The notes below the pieces were generated by a model. It worked only from the letters and a program-made list of their open reading frames with translations, ran no database searches and was not told the DNA's origin. A program made the position numbers and the translations under genes. Below, one piece after another: positions 12,637 through 26,500 of a stretch of 64,000 bases of DNA (the stretch's first letter is position 1; every line of letters starts with the position of its first letter). The DNA is from Auanema rhodensis (Eukaryota > Animalia > Nematoda), in contig OZ059894.1 in the NCBI GenBank assembly GCA_964057225.1, forward strand, positions 1,426,001 through 1,490,000, read 5' to 3'.

Positions 12637-15600
12637 AAATGATGCATTAGTGTATGTTGAGTTTCCATGTACACTCAACATAGCTTCCAAAAACATTTTG
12701 ACAAAAATTTTTTCGAAAAATTTCAAAATAATTTAGCAGAAAGTAGATGTTTTTAGATTCCTTTTTTTAAGGCAAAGACGATGGACAATGTTATTCAACG
12801 AAAAAATTAATTCTTCAGGGTGAAAATCGAGGATATAAGTGTGAACTTATATCAGTTGATATCTCGTTGCATTTTTAAGCTAGCGCAAATCTGATAACAC
12901 AGATCGACGCAGCTTGAAAATACGCATCGAATGCACTATACTACTTTGAGAAACGCTTAATACAAAAATTAGTTATGATCGTTTGAAAAATGATGCATTA
13001 GTGTATGTTGAGTTTCCATGTACACTCAACATAGCTTCCAAAAACATTTTGACAAAAATTTTTTCGAAAAATTTCAGAATAATTTAGCAAAAAGTAGATG
13101 TTTTTAGATTTCTTTTCTCAAGGCAAAGACGATGGACAATGTTATTCAACGAAAAAATTAATTCTTCAGGGTGAAAATCGAGGATATAAGTGTGAACTTA
13201 TATCAGTTGATATCTCGGTGCATTTTTAAGCTAGCGCAAATCTGATAACACAGATCGACGCAGCTTGAAAATCCGCATCGAATGCACTATACTACTTTGA
13301 GAAACGCTTAATACAAAAATTAGTTATGATCGTTTGAAAAATGATGCATTAGTGTATGTTGAGTTTCCATGTACACTCAACATTGCTTCCAAAAAAATTT
13401 TGACAAAAATTTTTTCGAAAAATTTCAAATTAATTTAGCAGAAAGTATATGTTTTTAGATTTCTTTTTTCAAGGCAAAGACGATGGACAATGTTATTCAA
13501 CGAAAAAATTAATTCTTCAGGGTGAAAATCGAGGATATAAGTGTGAATTTATATCAGTTGATATCTCGGTGCATTTTTAAGCTAGCGCAAATCTGATAAC
13601 ACAGATCGACGCAGCTTGAAAATCCGCATTGAATGCACTATACTACATTGAGGAACGCTTAATACAAAAATTAGTTATGATCGTTTGAAAAATGATGCAT
13701 TAGTGTATGTTGAGTTTCCATGTACACTCAACATAGCTTCCAAAAACATTTTGACAAAAATTTTTTCGAAAAATTTCAAAATAATTTAGCAGAAAGTAGA
13801 TGTTTTTAGATTCCTTTTTTTAAGGCAAAGACGATGGACAATGTTATTCAACGAAAAAATTAATTCTTCAGGGTGAAAATCGAGGATATAAGTGTGAACT
13901 TATATCAGTTGATATCTCGGTGCATTTTTAAGCTAGCGCAAATCTGATAACACAGATCGACGCAGCTTGAAAATCCGCATCGAATGCACTATACTACTTT
14001 GAGAAACGCTTAATACAAAAATTAGTTATGATCGTTTGAAAAATGATGCATTAGTGTATGTTGAGTTTCCATGTACACTCAACATAGCTTCCAAAAACAT
14101 TTTGACAAAATTTTTTTCAAAAAATTTCAAAATAATTTAGCAGAAAGTAGATGTTTTTAGATTCCTTTTTTTAAGGCAAAGACGATGGACAATGTTATTC
14201 AACGAAAAAATTAATTCTTAAGGTGAAAATCGAGGATATAAGTGTGAACTTATATCAGTTGATATCTCGTTGCATTTTTAAGCTAGCGCAAATCTGATAA
14301 CACAGATCGACGCAGCTTGAAGATACGCATCGAATGCACTATACTACTTTGAGAAACGCTTAATACAAAAATTAGTTATGATCGTTTGAAAAATGATGCA
14401 TTAGTGTATGTTGAGTTTCCATGTACACTCAACATAGCTTCCAAAAACATTTTGACAAAAATTTTTTCGAAAAATTTCAGAATAATTTAGCAAAAAGTAG
14501 ATGTTTTTAGATTTCTTTTCTCAAGGCAAAGACGATGGACAATGTTATTCAACGAAAAAATTAATTCTTCAGGGTGAAAATCGAGGATATAAGTGTGAAC
14601 TTATATCAGTTGATATCTCGGTGCATTTTTAAGCTAGCGCAAATCTGATAACACAGATCGACGCAGCTTGAAAATCCGCATCGAATGCACTATACTACTT
14701 TGAGAAACGCTTAATACAAAAATTAGTTATGATCGTTTGAAAAATGATGCATTAGTGTATGTTGAGTTTCCATGTACACTCAACATTGCTTCCAAAAAAA
14801 TTTTGACAAAAATTTTTTCGAAAAATTTCAAATTAATTTAGCAGAAAGTATATGTTTTTAGATTTCTTTTTTCAAGGCAAAGACGATGGACAATGTTATT
14901 CAACGAAAAAATTAATTCTTCAGGGTGAAAATCGAGGATATAAGTGTGAATTTATATCAGTTGATATCTCGGTGCATTTTTAAGCTAGCGCAAATCTGAT
15001 AACACAGATCGACGCAGCTTGAAAATCCGCATTGAATGCACTATACTACATTGAGGAACGCTTAATACAAAAATTAGTTATGATCGTTTGAAAAATGATG
15101 CATTAGTGTATGTTGAGTTTCCATGTACACTCAACATAGCTTCCAAAAACATTTTGACAAAAATTTTTTCGAAAAATTTCAAAATAATTTAGCAGAAAGT
15201 AGATGTTTTTAGATTCCTTTTTTTAAGGCAAAGACGATGGACAATGTTATTCAACGAAAAAATTAATTCTTCAGGGTGAAAATCGAGGATATAAGTGTGA
15301 ACTTATATCAGTTGATATCTCGTTGCATTTTTAAGCTAGCGCAAATCTGATAACACAGATCGACGCAGCTTGAAAATACGCATCGAATGCACTATACTAC
15401 TTTGAGAAACGCTTAATACAAAAATTAGTTATGATCGTTTGAAAAATGATGCATTAGTGTATGTTGAGTTTCCATGTACACTCAACATAGCTTCCAAAAA
15501 CATTTTGACAAAAATTTTTTCGAAAAATTTCAGAATAATTTAGCAAAAAGTAGATGTTTTTAGATTTCTTTTCTCAAGGCAAAGACGATGGACAATGTTA

Positions 15601-17549
15601 TTCAACGAAAAAATTAATTCTTCAGGGTGAAAATCGAGGATATAAGTGTGAACTTATATCAGTTGATATCTCGGTGCATTTTTAAGCTAGCGCAAATCTG
15701 ATAACACAGATCGACGCAGCTTGAAAATCCGCATCGAATGCACTATACTACTTTGAGAAACGCTTAATACAAAAATTAGTTATGATCGTTTGAAAAATGA
15801 TGCATTAGTGTATGTTGAGTTTCCATGTACACTCAACATTGCTTCCAAAAAAATTTTGACAAAAATTTTTTCGAAAAATTTCAAATTAATTTAGCAGAAA
15901 GTATATGTTTTTAGATTTCTTTTTTCAAGGCAAAGACGATGGACAATGTTATTCAACGAAAAAATTAATTCTTCAGGGTGAAAATCGAGGATATAAGTGT
16001 GAATTTATATCAGTTGATATCTCGGTGCATTTTTAAGCTAGCGCAAATCTGATAACACAGATCGACGCAGCTTGAAAATCCGCATTGAATGCACTATACT
16101 ACATTGAGGAACGCTTAATACAAAAATTAGTTATGATCGTTTGAAAAATGATGCATTAGTGTATGTTGAGTTTCCATGTACACTCAACATAGCTTCCAAA
16201 AACATTTTGACAAAAATTTTTTCGAAAAATTTCAAAATAATTTAGCAGAAAGTAGATGTTTTTAGATTCCTTTTTTTAAGGCAAAGACGATGGACAATGT
16301 TATTCAACGAAAAAATTAATTCTTCAGGGTGAAAATCGAGGATATAAGTGTGAACTTATATCAGTTGATATCTCGGTGCATTTTTAAGCTAGCGCAAATC
16401 TGATAACACAGATCGACGCAGCTTGAAAATCCGCATCGAATGCACTATACTACTTTGAGAAACGCTTAATACAAAAATTAGTTATGATCGTTTGAAAAAT
16501 GATGCATTAGTGTATGTTGAGTTTCCATGTACACTCAACATAGCTTCCAAAAACATTTTGACAAAATTTTTTTCAAAAAATTTCAAAATAATTTAGCAGA
16601 AAGTAGATGTTTTTAGATTCCTTTTTTTAAGGCAAAGACGATGGACAATGTTATTCAACGAAAAAATTAATTCTTCAGGGTGAAAATCGAGGATATAAGT
16701 GTGAACTTATATCAGTTGATATCTCGTTGCATTTTTAAGCTAGCGCAAATCTGATAACACAGATCGACGCAGCTTGAAGATACGCATCGAATGCACTATA
16801 CTACTTTGAGAAACGCTTAATACAAAAATTAGTTATGATCGTTTGAAAAATGATGCATTAGTGTATGTTGAGTTTCCATGTACACTCAACATAGCTTCCA
16901 AAAACATTTTGACAAAAATTTTTTCGAAAAATTTCAGAATAATTTAGCAAAAAGTAGATGTTTTTAGATTTCTTTTCTCAAGGCAAAGACGATGGACAAT
17001 GTTATTCAACGAAAAAATTAATTCTTCAGGGTGAAAATCGAGGATATAAGTGTGAACTTATATCAGTTGATATCTCGGTGCATTTTTAAGCTAGCGCAAA
17101 TCTGATAACACAGATCGACGCAGCTTGAAAATCCGCATCGAATGCACTATACTACTTTGAGAAACGCTTAATACAAAAATTAGTTATGATCGTTTGAAAA
17201 ATGATGCATTAGTGTATGTTGAGTTTCCATGTACACTCAACATTGCTTCCAAAAAAATTTTGACAAAAATTTTTTCGAAAAATTTCAAATTAATTTAGCA
17301 GAAAGTATATGTTTTTAGATTTCTTTTTTCAAGGCAAAGACGATGGACAATGTTATTCAACGAAAAAATTAATTCTTCAGGGTGAAAATCGAGGATATAA
17401 GTGTGAATTTATATCAGTTGATATCTCGGTGCATTTTTAAGCTAGCGCAAATCTGATAACACAGATCGACGCAGCTTGAAAATCCGCATTGAATGCACTA
17501 TACTACATTGAGGAACGCTTAATACAAAAATTAGTTATGATCGTTTGAA
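12637..17549 (+). repeat. 7-mer higher-order repeat x2 (B'-C-D-A-B-C-D)
   Basis: Same diagnostic variants and order as 1-3861. Contains the 1-bp deletion at ~14220. Confidence 0.85.
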
Positions 17550-20500
17550 AAATGATGCATTAGTGTATGTTGAGTTTCCATGTACACTCAACATAGCTTC
17601 CAAAAACATTTTGACAAAAATTTTTTCGAAAAATTTCAAAATAATTTAGCAGAAAGTAGATGTTTTTAGATTCCTTTTTTTAAGGCAAAGACGATGGACA
17701 ATGTTATTCAACGAAAAAATTAATTCTTCAGGGTGAAAATCGAGAATATAAGTGTGAACTTATATCAGTTGATATCTCGGTGCATTTTTAAGCTAGCGCA
17801 AATCTGATAACACAGATCGACGCAGCTTGAAAATCCGCATCGAATGCACTATACTACATTGAGGAACGCTTAATACAAAAATTAGTTATGATTGTTTGAA
17901 AAATGATGCATTAGTGTATGTTGAGTTTCCATGTACACTCAACATAGCTTCCAAAAACATTTTGACAAAAATTTTTTCGAAAAATTTCAAAATAATTTAG
18001 CAGAAAGTAGATGTTTTTAGATTTCTTTTTTTAAGGCAAAGACGATGGACAATGTTATTCAACGAAAAAATTAATTCTTCAGGGTGAAAATCGAGGATAT
18101 AAGTGTGAACTTATATCAGTTGATATCTCGGTGCATTTTTAAGCTAGCGCAAATCTGATAACACAGATCGACGCAGCTTGAAAATCCGCATCGAATGCAC
18201 TATACTACTTTGAGAAACGCTTAATACAAAAATTAGTTATGATCGTTTGAAAAATGATGCATTAGTGTATGTTGAGTTTCCATGTACACTCAACATAGCT
18301 TCCAAAAACATTTTGACAAAATTTTTTTCGAAAAATTTCAAAATAATTTAGCAGAAAGTAGATGTTTTTAGATTCCTTTTTTTGAGGCAAAGACGACGGA
18401 CAATGTTATTCAACGAAAAAATTAATTCTTCAGGGTGAAAATCGAGGATATAAGTGTGAATTTATATCAGTTGATATCTCGGTGCATTTTTAAGCTAGCG
18501 CAAATCTGATAACACAGATCGACGCAGCTTAAAAATCCGCATCGAATGCACTATACTACATTGAGGAACGCTTAATACAAAAATTAGTTATGATCGTTTG
18601 AAAAATGATGCATTAGTGTATGTTGAGTTTCCATGTACACTCAACATAGCTTCCAAAAACATTTTGACAAAAATTTTTTCGAAAAATTTCAGAATAATTT
18701 AGCGAAAAGTAGATGTTTTTAGATTTCTTTTCTCAAGGCAAAGACGATGGACAATGTTATTCAACGAAAAAATTAATTCTTCAGGGTGAAAATCGAGGAT
18801 ATAAGTGTGAACTTATATCAGTTGATATCTCGGTGTATTTTTAAGCTAGCGCAAATCTGATAACACAGATCGACGCAGCTTGAAAATCCGCATCGAATGC
18901 ACTATACTACTTTGAGAAACGCTTAATACAAAAATTAGTTATGATCGTTTGAAAAATGATGCATTAGTGTATGTTGAGTTTCCATGTACACTCAACATAG
19001 CTTCCAAAAACATTTTGACAAAAATTTTTTCGAAAAATTTCAGAATAATTTAGCAAAAAGTAGATGTTTTTAGATTTCTTTTCTCAAGGCAAAGACGATG
19101 GACAATGTTATTCAACGAAAAAATTAATTCTTCAGGGTGAAAATCGAGGATATAAGTGTGAATTTATATCAGTTGATATCTCGGTGCATTTTTAAGCTAG
19201 CGCAAATCTGATAACACAGATCGACGCAGCTTGAAAATCCGCATTGAATGCACTATACTACATTGAGGAACGCTTAATACAAAAATTAGTTATGATCGTT
19301 TGAAAAATGATGCATTAGTGTATGTTGAGTTTCCATGTACACTCAACATTGCTTCCAAAAACATTTTGACAAAAATTTTTTCGAAAAATTTCAAAATAAT
19401 TTAGCAGAAAGTAGATGTTTTTAGATTCCTTTTTTTAAGGCAAAGACGATGGACAATGTTATTCAACGAAAAAATTAATTCTTCAGGGTGAAAATCGAGA
19501 ATATAAGTGTGAACTTATATCAGTTGATATCTCGGTGCATTTTTAAGCTAGCGCAAATCTGATAACACAGATCGACGCAGCTTGAAAATCCGCATCGAAT
19601 GCACTATACTACATTGAGGAACGCTTAATACAAAAATTAGTTATGATTGTTTGAAAAATGATGCATTAGTGTATGTTGAGTTTCCATGTACACTCAACAT
19701 AGCTTCCAAAAACATTTTGACAAAAATTTTTTCGAAAAATTTCAAAATAATTTAGCAGAAAGTAGATGTTTTTAGATTTCTTTTTTTAAGGCAAAGACGA
19801 TGGACAATGTTATTCAACGAAAAAATTAATTCTTCAGGGTGAAAATCGAGGATATAAGTGTGAACTTATATCAGTTGATATCTCGGTGCATTTTTAAGCT
19901 AGCGCAAATCTGATAACACAGATCGACGCAGCTTGAAAATCCGCATCGAATGCACTATACTACTTTGAGAAACGCTTAATACAAAAATTAGTTATGATCG
20001 TTTGAAAAATGATGCATTAGTGTATGTTGAGTTTCCATGTACACTCAACATAGCTTCCAAAAACATTTTGACAAAATTTTTTTCGAAAAATTTCAAAATA
20101 ATTTAGCAGAAAGTAGATGTTTTTAGATTCCTTTTTTTGAGGCAAAGACGACGGACAATGTTATTCAACGAAAAAATTAATTCTTCAGGGTGAAAATCGA
20201 GGATATAAGTGTGAATTTATATCAGTTGATATCTCGGTGCATTTTTAAGCTAGCGCAAATCTGATAACACAGATCGACGCAGCTTAAAAATCCGCATCGA
20301 ATGCACTATACTACATTGAGGAACGCTTAATACAAAAATTAGTTATGATCGTTTGAAAAATGATGCATTAGTGTATGTTGAGTTTCCATGTACACTCAAC
20401 ATAGCTTCCAAAAACATTTTGACAAAAATTTTTTCGAAAAATTTCAGAATAATTTAGCGAAAAGTAGATGTTTTTAGATTTCTTTTCTCAAGGCAAAGAC

Positions 20501-23500
20501 GATGGACAATGTTATTCAACGAAAAAATTAATTCTTCAGGGTGAAAATCGAGGATATAAGTGTGAACTTATATCAGTTGATATCTCGGTGTATTTTTAAG
20601 CTAGCGCAAATCTGATAACACAGATCGACGCAGCTTGAAAATCCGCATTGAATGCACTATACTACATTGAGGAACGCTTAATACAAAAATTAGTTATGAT
20701 CGTTTGAAAAATGATGCATTAGTGTATGTTGAGTTTCCATGTACACTCAACATAGCTTCCAAAAACATTTTGACAAAAATTTTTTCGAAAAATTTCAAAA
20801 TAATTTAGCAGAAAGTAGATGTTTTTAGATTCCTTTTTTTAAGGCAAAGACGATGGACAATGTTATTCAACGAAAAAATTAATTCTTCAGGGTGAAAATC
20901 GAGGATATAAGTGTGAACTTATATCAGTTGATATCTCGGTGCATTTTTAAGCTAGCGCAAATCTGATAACACAGATCGACGCAGCTTGAAAATCCGCATC
21001 GAATGCACTATACTACTTTGAGAAACGCTTAATACAAAAATTAGTTATGATCGTTTGAAAAATGATGCATTAGTGTATGTTGAGTTTCCATGTACACTCA
21101 ACATAGCTTCCAAAAACATTTTGACAAAATTTTTTTCAAAAAATTTCAAAATAATTTAGCAGAAAGTAGATGTTTTTAGATTCCTTTTTTTAAGGCAAAG
21201 ACGATGGACAATGTTATTCAACGAAAAAATTAATTCTTCAGGGTGAAAATCGAGGATATAAGTGTGAACTTATATCAGTTGATATCTCGTTGCATTTTTA
21301 AGCTAGCGCAAATCTGATAACACAGATCGACGCAGCTTGAAGATACGCATCGAATGCACTATACTACTTTGAGAAACGCTTAATACAAAAATTAGTTATG
21401 ATCGTTTGAAAAATGATGCATTAGTGTATGTTGAGTTTCCATGTACACTCAACATAGCTTCCAAAAACATTTTGACAAAAATTTTTTCGAAAAATTTCAG
21501 AATAATTTAGCAAAAAGTAGATGTTTTTAGATTTCTTTTCTCAAGGCAAAGACGATGGACAATGTTATTCAACGAAAAAATTAATTCTTCAGGGTGAAAA
21601 TCGAGGATATAAGTGTGAACTTATATCAGTTGATATCTCGGTGCATTTTTAAGCTAGCGCAAATCTGATAACACAGATCGACGCAGCTTGAAAATCCGCA
21701 TCGAATGCACTATACTACTTTGAGAAACGCTTAATACAAAAATTAGTTATGATCGTTTGAAAAATGATGCATTAGTGTATGTTGAGTTTCCATGTACACT
21801 CAACATTGCTTCCAAAAAAATTTTGACAAAAATTTTTTCGAAAAATTTCAAATTAATTTAGCAGAAAGTATATGTTTTTAGATTTCTTTTTTCAAGGCAA
21901 AGACGATGGACAATGTTATTCAACGAAAAAATTAATTCTTCAGGGTGAAAATCGAGGATATAAGTGTGAATTTATATCAGTTGATATCTCGGTGCATTTT
22001 TAAGCTAGCGCAAATCTGATAACACAGATCGACGCAGCTTGAAAATCCGCATTGAATGCACTATACTACATTGAGGAACGCTTAATACAAAAATTAGTTA
22101 TGATCGTTTGAAAAATGATGCATTAGTGTATGTTGAGTTTCCATGTACACTCAACATAGCTTCCAAAAACATTTTGACAAAAATTTTTTCGAAAAATTTC
22201 AAAATAATTTAGCAGAAAGTAGATGTTTTTAGATTCCTTTTTTTAAGGCAAAGACGATGGACAATGTTATTCAACGAAAAAATTAATTCTTCAGGGTGAA
22301 AATCGAGAATATAAGTGTGAACTTATATCAGTTGATATCTCGGTGCATTTTTAAGCTAGCGCAAATCTGATAACACAGATCGACGCAGCTTGAAAATCCG
22401 CATCGAATGCACTATACTACATTGAGGAACGCTTAATACAAAAATTAGTTATGATTGTTTGAAAAATGATGCATTAGTGTATGTTGAGTTTCCATGTACA
22501 CTCAACATAGCTTCCAAAAACATTTTGACAAAAATTTTTTCGAAAAATTTCAAAATAATTTAGCAGAAAGTAGATGTTTTTAGATTTCTTTTTTTAAGGC
22601 AAAGACGATGGACAATGTTATTCAACGAAAAAATTAATTCTTCAGGGTGAAAATCGAGGATATAAGTGTGAACTTATATCAGTTGATATCTCGGTGCATT
22701 TTTAAGCTAGCGCAAATCTGATAACACAGATCGACGCAGCTTGAAAATCCGCATCGAATGCACTATACTACTTTGAGAAACGCTTAATACAAAAATTAGT
22801 TATGATCGTTTGAAAAATGATGCATTAGTGTATGTTGAGTTTCCATGTACACTCAACATAGCTTCCAAAAACATTTTGACAAAAATTTTTTCGAAAAATT
22901 TCAGAATAATTTAGCAAAAAGTAGATGTTTTTAGATTTCTTTTCTCAAGGCAAAGACGATGGACAATGTTATTCAACGAAAAAATTAATTCTTCAGGGTG
23001 AAAATCGAGGATATAAGTGTGAACTTATATCAGTTGATATCTCGGTGCATTTTTAAGCTAGCGCAAATCTGATAACACAGATCGACGCAGCTTGAAAATC
23101 CGCATCGAATGCACTATACTACTTTGAGAAACGCTTAATACAAAAATTAGTTATGATCGTTTGAAAAATGATGCATTAGTGTATGTTGAGTTTCCATGTA
23201 CACTCAACATTGCTTCCAAAAAAATTTTGACAAAAATTTTTTCGAAAAATTTCAAATTAATTTAGCAGAAAGTATATGTTTTTAGATTTCTTTTTTCAAG
23301 GCAAAGACGATGGACAATGTTATTCAACGAAAAAATTAATTCTTCAGGGTGAAAATCGAGGATATAAGTGTGAATTTATATCAGTTGATATCTCGGTGCA
23401 TTTTTAAGCTAGCGCAAATCTGATAACACAGATCGACGCAGCTTGAAAATCCGCATTGAATGCACTATACTACATTGAGGAACGCTTAATACAAAAATTA

Positions 23501-26500
23501 GTTATGATCGTTTGAAAAATGATGCATTAGTGTATGTTGAGTTTCCATGTACACTCAACATAGCTTCCAAAAACATTTTGACAAAAATTTTTTCGAAAAA
23601 TTTCAAAATAATTTAGCAGAAAGTAGATGTTTTTAGATTCCTTTTTTTAAGGCAAAGACGATGGACAATGTTATTCAACGAAAAAATTAATTCTTCAGGG
23701 TGAAAATCGAGAATATAAGTGTGAACTTATATCAGTTGATATCTCGGTGCATTTTTAAGCTAGCGCAAATCTGATAACACAGATCGACGCAGCTTGAAAA
23801 TCCGCATCGAATGCACTATACTACATTGAGGAACGCTTAATACAAAAATTAGTTATGATTGTTTGAAAAATGATGCATTAGTGTATGTTGAGTTTCCATG
23901 TACACTCAACATAGCTTCCAAAAACATTTTGACAAAAATTTTTTCGAAAAATTTCAAAATAATTTAGCAGAAAGTAGATGTTTTTAGATTTCTTTTTTTA
24001 AGGCAAAGACGATGGACAATGTTATTCAACGAAAAAATTAATTCTTCAGGGTGAAAATCGAGGATATAAGTGTGAACTTATATCAGTTGATATCTCGGTG
24101 CATTTTTAAGCTAGCGCAAATCTGATAACACAGATCGACGCAGCTTGAAAATCCGCATCGAATGCACTATACTACTTTGAGAAACGCTTAATACAAAAAT
24201 TAGTTATGATCGTTTGAAAAATGATGCATTAGTGTATGTTGAGTTTCCATGTACACTCAACATAGCTTCCAAAAACATTTTGACAAAATTTTTTTCGAAA
24301 AATTTCAAAATAATTTAGCAGAAAGTAGATGTTTTTAGATTCCTTTTTTTGAGGCAAAGACGACGGACAATGTTATTCAACGAAAAAATTAATTCTTCAG
24401 GGTGAAAATCGAGGATATAAGTGTGAATTTATATCAGTTGATATCTCGGTGCATTTTTAAGCTAGCGCAAATCTGATAACACAGATCGACGCAGCTTAAA
24501 AATCCGCATCGAATGCACTATACTACATTGAGGAACGCTTAATACAAAAATTAGTTATGATCGTTTGAAAAATGATGCATTAGTGTATGTTGAGTTTCCA
24601 TGTACACTCAACATAGCTTCCAAAAACATTTTGACAAAAATTTTTTCGAAAAATTTCAGAATAATTTAGCGAAAAGTAGATGTTTTTAGATTTCTTTTCT
24701 CAAGGCAAAGACGATGGACAATGTTATTCAACGAAAAAATTAATTCTTCAGGGTGAAAATCGAGGATATAAGTGTGAACTTATATCAGTTGATATCTCGG
24801 TGTATTTTTAAGCTAGCGCAAATCTGATAACACAGATCGACGCAGCTTGAAAATCCGCATCGAATGCACTATACTACTTTGAGAAACGCTTAATACAAAA
24901 ATTAGTTATGATCGTTTGAAAAATGATGCATTAGTGTATGTTGAGTTTCCATGTACACTCAACATTGCTTCCAAAAACATTTTGACAAAAATTTTTTCGA
25001 AAAATTTCAAATTAATTTAGCAGAAAGTATATGTTTTTAGATTCCTTTTTTCAAGGCAAAGACGATGGACAATGTTATTCAACGAAAAAATTAATTCTTC
25101 AGGGTGAAAATCGAGGATATAAGTGTGAATTTATATCAGTTGATATCTCGGTGCATTTTTAAGCTAGCGCAAATCTGATAACACAGATCGACGCAGCTTA
25201 AAAATCCGCATCGAATGCACTATACTACATTGAGGAACGCTTAATACAAAAATTAGTTATGATCGTTTGAAAAATGATGCATTAGTGTATGTTGAGTTTC
25301 CATGTACACTCAACATAGCTTCCAAAAACATTTTGACAAAAATTTTTTCGAAAAATTTCAGAATAATTTAGCAAAAAGTAGATGTTTTTAGATTTCTTTT
25401 CTCAAGGCAAAGACGATGGACAATGTTATTCAACGAAAAAATTAATTCTTCAGGGTGAAAATCGAGGATATAAGTGTGAATTTATATCAGTTGATATCTC
25501 GGTGCATTTTTAAGCTAGCGCAAATCTGATAACACAGATCGACGCAGCTTGAAAATCCGCATTGAATGCACTATACTACATTGAGGAACGCTTAATACAA
25601 AAATTAGTTATGATCGTTTGAAAAATGATGCATTAGTGTATGTTGAGTTTCCATGTACACTCAACATTGCTTCCAAAAACATTTTGACAAAAATTTTTTC
25701 GAAAAATTTCAAAATAATTTAGCAGAAAGTAGATGTTTTTAGATTCCTTTTTTTAAGGCAAAGACGATGGACAATGTTATTCAACGAAAAAATTAATTCT
25801 TCAGGGTGAAAATCGAGAATATAAGTGTGAACTTATATCAGTTGATATCTCGGTGCATTTTTAAGCTAGCGCAAATCTGATAACACAGATCGACGCAGCT
25901 TGAAAATCCGCATCGAATGCACTATACTACATTGAGGAACGCTTAATACAAAAATTAGTTATGATTGTTTGAAAAATGATGCATTAGTGTATGTTGAGTT
26001 TCCATGTACACTCAACATAGCTTCCAAAAACATTTTGACAAAAATTTTTTCGAAAAATTTCAAAATAATTTAGCAGAAAGTAGATGTTTTTAGATTTCTT
26101 TTTTTAAGGCAAAGACGATGGACAATGTTATTCAACGAAAAAATTAATTCTTCAGGGTGAAAATCGAGGATATAAGTGTGAACTTATATCAGTTGATATC
26201 TCGGTGCATTTTTAAGCTAGCGCAAATCTGATAACACAGATCGACGCAGCTTGAAAATCCGCATCGAATGCACTATACTACTTTGAGAAACGCTTAATAC
26301 AAAAATTAGTTATGATCGTTTGAAAAATGATGCATTAGTGTATGTTGAGTTTCCATGTACACTCAACATAGCTTCCAAAAACATTTTGACAAAATTTTTT
26401 TCGAAAAATTTCAAAATAATTTAGCAGAAAGTAGATGTTTTTAGATTCCTTTTTTTGAGGCAAAGACGACGGACAATGTTATTCAACGAAAAAATTAATT

